From contig NIVC01000990.1 of the NCBI GenBank assembly GCA_002269645.1, positions 124,001 through 188,000 on the forward strand: 64,000 nt of DNA, written 5' to 3'. This stretch comes from Macrostomum lignano (taxonomy: Eukaryota). Numbering within the stretch: the first letter of the stretch is position 1; the number at the start of each line of letters is the position of its first letter. Under the pieces are notes generated by a model, which saw only the letters and a list, made by a program, of their open reading frames with translations, was not told where the DNA came from and made no database searches. The position numbers and the translations under genes were made by a program. This document shows positions 61,180-64,000 of this stretch, piece by piece.

Positions 61180-62504
61180 GGGTCACCATTGACTCAAATC
61201 TGGCGTACTTCAATCGCAGCTTTGAACAGCTGTCGCTTGGAGCTGTTGAGGCAAGTGACTATTGCACTTGTGAAGCTAGAAGACAATAGAAAAGTATCTA
61301 TTTTCTGAATTTTTAAAAAGCTGCTTAAATCCAGATTAATGGAAGTGATAGCTAAGGGATGGTAAAATTCATAAGTTCGAACCTTAACATCGTCGCATTC
61401 GAAAACATTCTAAGTTACTACTACAACTACTAAGCCGTACGTTCTTTACTTATTTACCTATACTAATTTCTACTCATCTGCATTGTCTCCATTCTGAGGG
61501 TAACTACAGCTGCTGATATCAATTAGTTTTGATAGGATTATATTTTTTCTCCATGAAGGTGTTTGATAACTTGCTGAATTTTTTATTTAAGCTTCATTGC
61601 AATTCCCCCTTAAGACCCTCCCCCCTCAGTCTCGGAATTTATCTTACCTAATCTTCAATAGATCTCCATGCCTCTATTGAAGTTTAGGTACGTAAAATCC
61701 ATCCCCATGAAGATTCTCCCCATCCTAAATCCCCCCATTCCCCATGCTTTGGTGGTTGGCTTTAAGCTACAAAAAAATGAAGCTCAAATTTGAAATCAGC
61801 ACCAGCAAATACCCGGGCCATAGAGACAAAATTATGATCCTATCGAAACTGCAACTATTCTATCTACCTAAAGTTCAAAAAGTCCGACTTTTCGGCTGTC
61901 TCAACTTGGAGCTTAGGAAGTTGCGTACTATTTGAACTGGAACATAATCAATTCAAGCCTGAATTTAAAAAAAATTCAGATCATCAAGAAGGCTCACAAA
62001 GCACGGACGGGTGAACATTAACTGATTCTATCCTCGTTGATTAACGCTTGCTCACAACTGTTCATTCAGTCTGCAACTGCGCTTAACTTATATGTCTTAT
62101 ATTATCAATATTTTAGCTTACACTACTTATAAGTAGTTTCAAGATTGTGGTCAAGCTTACTCCTGAAAATAATGTAGTCATTATTTTGCTAAGCTATACT
62201 GAGCTTGAGCAGGACGAGTTTGAGCCTGAGAGCGATAGAAAATCAATCGTTCCGCTACGAGATGCTGCAAGTCGCGCGATTTGAGAAGCCACTTAGCTGT
62301 CATGAGAAAATTTGCACCCACTGTGACCTTCGCATACTCAGAAACTGACCATAGGAACCGTAGAACTACTGCTCAATTTTGAGTACAGAATTATAATCTT
62401 AGCCCGTTAAATTAACAAATTAAATCAAATTAACTCAATTTCACTGTAAACTGCGTTTCTAAAATATCACAAGACTGACATTGATGACAGAATTGCTTAG
62501 CAGA

Positions 62505-62638
62505 CTCACTCATTAAGCTTTGAGCTCACTCATGAAGCTTTTAATTCACTCATGAAGCTTTTAACTCACTCATAAAGCTTTTAATTCACTCATGAAACTA
62601 TGAACTCACTTATAAAGCTTTTAACTCACTCATGAAAC
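62505..62638. repeat. ~22-bp tandem repeat (TTTTAACTCACTCATGAAGC-like), ~6 units
   Basis: Directly visible. Confidence 0.8.
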
Positions 62639-62854
62639 TGTAGTGAGTTGCAAGTGTACTTGTATGCGCCAGTCGCTAGAGCGGGGTGGGGGTTGCTATT
62701 GTACAGCATGTACGTGCTTTTCACCCACCCCTGTCTCTATCTTTTATACCCAGTTATGTAACAATCGTTGTATCGTATTTAACCTGCGTATCGATCTAAT
62801 AAACGCCAAGAGGCTTCGTCAACTCTCAGTTGTATCTCTCTGCCTTAGTCTACA
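62639..62854 (+). repeat. 5' LTR of a Gypsy element, followed by a tRNA-iMet PBS
   Basis: TGTAG...CTACA termini; TGGTAGCAGAG at 62857-62867. Confidence 0.8.
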
Positions 62855-62881
62855 ACTGGTAGCAGAGCAAATTATTCTAGA

Positions 62882-63691
62882 ATGGCTGAGAAAGGTTTGA
62901 CCGCCAGTGCAGCGCTGCCCAGAGTTTTCAGTACCGGTAACTTTAAGGAATGGCTGCAGCGTTTCAATGTATGCGCAAAAGTCAACAAGTGGGACACGTG
63001 CAAAGCGGAGCGACTGGCCACATTTTTGGATGGCGAGGCTCTCGTCGTTTATTTGGAACTGTCGGCAGGAGATCAGGCAGACTACGACAAAGTAGTCCAG
63101 GCATTGGATGATGCATTCCACCCGAACCGCGAGCACTTCGCCGTCATGGAGGCGTTCAAATCAAGGAAGATTTTGTCGAATGAGACTCCACGCATGTATC
63201 TTTACGAGTTAAAGAAGATGCTCAAAAGCTCCTCCGTGGACAACAAAGATGCTCAAGAGGCTCTGCTGTTCCATCAGTTCGTCTGTGGCCTTCCCGAATC
63301 CGTGAGCTGGCAGATTCGCGCGGACTCCAGCGTTAAGACCTCAGAGCAAGCGCTTCAAAAGGCCCAGCTACTGATGCAGCACAGCTCGCCAAGCATCCCA
63401 GCAGCAGCGGTGCAACCTCAGTCGAGCCAATCCAGCGAAGTTCAGGAGCTGCGGGACACTGTGCAGAGTCTGCAGGCATCGGTGAGCACCCTGAGTTCCC
63501 AGCTGCAGCAGCTGGCAGCCTGTGGAGTGAGGACGAGTAGCACAACGAGACCGCAGCACCGTTCGAAGTCTGACATCATCTGCTACAACTGCCACAAGGC
63601 CGGCCACATTGCCAGAGATTGCTACAGCAGGCGACAGCCGGGAAACGCCAGAGGCTGGGGTGTGCGGGCCCGCAACCCCGGCCAGCAGTAA
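62882..63691 (+). CDS. Gypsy gag
   Basis: Capsid-like region and CYNCHKAGHIARDC zinc knuckle. Confidence 0.9.
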   Translation: MAEKGLTASAALPRVFSTGNFKEWLQRFNVCAKVNKWDTCKAERLATFLDGEALVVYLELSAGDQADYDKVVQALDDAFHPNREHFAVMEAFKSRKILSNETPRMYLYELKKMLKSSSVDNKDAQEALLFHQFVCGLPESVSWQIRADSSVKTSEQALQKAQLLMQHSSPSIPAAAVQPQSSQSSEVQELRDTVQSLQASVSTLSSQLQQLAACGVRTSSTTRPQHRSKSDIICYNCHKAGHIARDCYSRRQPGNARGWGVRARNPGQQ

Positions 63692-64000
63692 CTGCGGGCC
63701 CAGCAGCAGCGGCTTCAAGGCCGGCGCTCACAGTCGGCGGGATCTTCGACGGATGCAGCGTCGCGCCCGACCGACTATCGCAGTGTGAGTGCAAGCTTGA
63801 TGGCAGAAGTGTGAAGGCGCTCTTAGACACCGGAAGCCAGTGCTCACTAGTTGAGTCCAGCATCCTGACAAAATCCCAGCTCAGACAGGCAACTGCAGCC
63901 AGAGTGCAACTTCATTCAGTGAACAAGCAGCCAATTAGCATAGAAAGGCAAATCGAATTGCCACTTACTGTCGGTGGAGTGACAGCCCGGCAATTGTTTT
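63640..64000 (+). CDS. Gypsy pol start (aspartic protease) in the -1 frame; continues beyond the window
   Basis: Open -1 frame from the G GGA AAC site to the window end, containing ALLDTGSQCSLV. Confidence 0.85.

Overview
Repeat-dense eukaryotic (invertebrate-type) genomic DNA; a flatworm such as Macrostomum is only a guess. Host genes are one intronless, divergent SLC15/PTR2-type transporter (28843-30327, -) and three tandem, intronless GnT-I/MGAT1-like (GT13) genes with unusual Lys-rich repeat tails; the third copy has a premature stop. The rest is nested mobile DNA and satellites: three LINE fragments, a young non-autonomous LTR element with 941-bp LTRs, a defective Mag-type Gypsy, the 5' end of another Gypsy with a canonical -1 frameshift signal, an intron-containing stand-alone Gypsy-like integrase (Ginger/GIN-like), a Penelope-like element with a hammerhead ribozyme, hAT MITEs, a tRNA-SINE, Helitron/hAT/Crypton-like remnants and three satellite arrays. 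Two observations stand out. First, the 941-bp LTR carries a polarised array of four relic 'LTR end + tRNA-Leu PBS' junctions separated by different spacers. Second, the Penelope-like element has an upstream ORF joined to the RT frame by a correctly phased U UUA AAC -1 slippery site. All calls were made by eye; no searches were run.
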